A stretch of DNA of 6,817 nucleotides from Selaginella moellendorffii (Eukaryota > Plantae > Lycopodiophyta), in NCBI RefSeq assembly GCF_000143415.4, contig NW_003314679.1:1-6817 (forward strand), read 5' to 3'. Below are positions 6,594-6,817 of the stretch, one piece after another (position 1 is the stretch's first letter; every line of letters starts with the position of its first letter). The notes beneath the pieces were generated by a model. It was not told the origin of the DNA and did not search any database. It saw only the letters and a list, made by a program, of their open reading frames with translations. The position numbers and the translations under genes were made by a program.

Positions 6594-6817
6594 GTGCACT
6601 CTTGTTCATGGGCCCTTTCCCTCTATATTTGAACCCCTATGGATCGTCTCTCGAGTCGTTCCCTTTGGTTGCTTACAATCCACCACACTTCCCTGCAAGT
6701 TCACGCCCTCGTGAACGGAAGCTGAGAGCCGCAGCTCTCCCGAGAGCCCCGCTCTCTTGACACCCTACCCCTCAGGTCGAGCCCAGCGGGAGCAATTATG
6801 TACGCCAAGGGGAGGCT
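6594..6817 (-). mobile_element. Part of a second LTR element: internal 3' end, PPT (~6678..6693) and first 84 bp of its 3' LTR (6677..6594)
   Basis: The minus strand reads GTTCACG-AGGG-CGTGAAC hairpin, then GGGAAGTGTGGTGGAT, then TGTAAGC. This is the same hairpin-PPT-TG layout as 682..641. Confidence 0.65.

Overview
Most likely plant nuclear DNA. Positions 1..6593 are a minus-strand, Ty3/gypsy-derived, non-autonomous LTR retrotransposon, probably Galadriel-chromovirus-like. It has a complete 5' LTR (4735..6593, 1859 bp, TG...CA), a tRNA-iMet PBS (4720..4731), a 4.1-kb internal domain (642..4734), a PPT (642..654) and a 3' LTR cut off by the window edge (1..641). The two LTRs are identical over 434 bp but differ in a CpG-rich 6/11/12-bp tandem array, which produces all the long ORFs in the track. 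The internal domain has no intact gene, only collinear, heavily decayed gag, Zn-knuckle, PR, RT, RNase H and IN traces. The most striking signal is that the element is tiled almost end to end with short perfect stem-loops whose loops are purine-rich on the sense strand, and it also carries two tandem tRNA T-arm/B-box-like hairpins. It appears to sit inside the LTR of a second, related element (6594..6817) that has a sequence-divergent copy of the same pre-PPT hairpin. All protein similarities were read by eye, not by database search.
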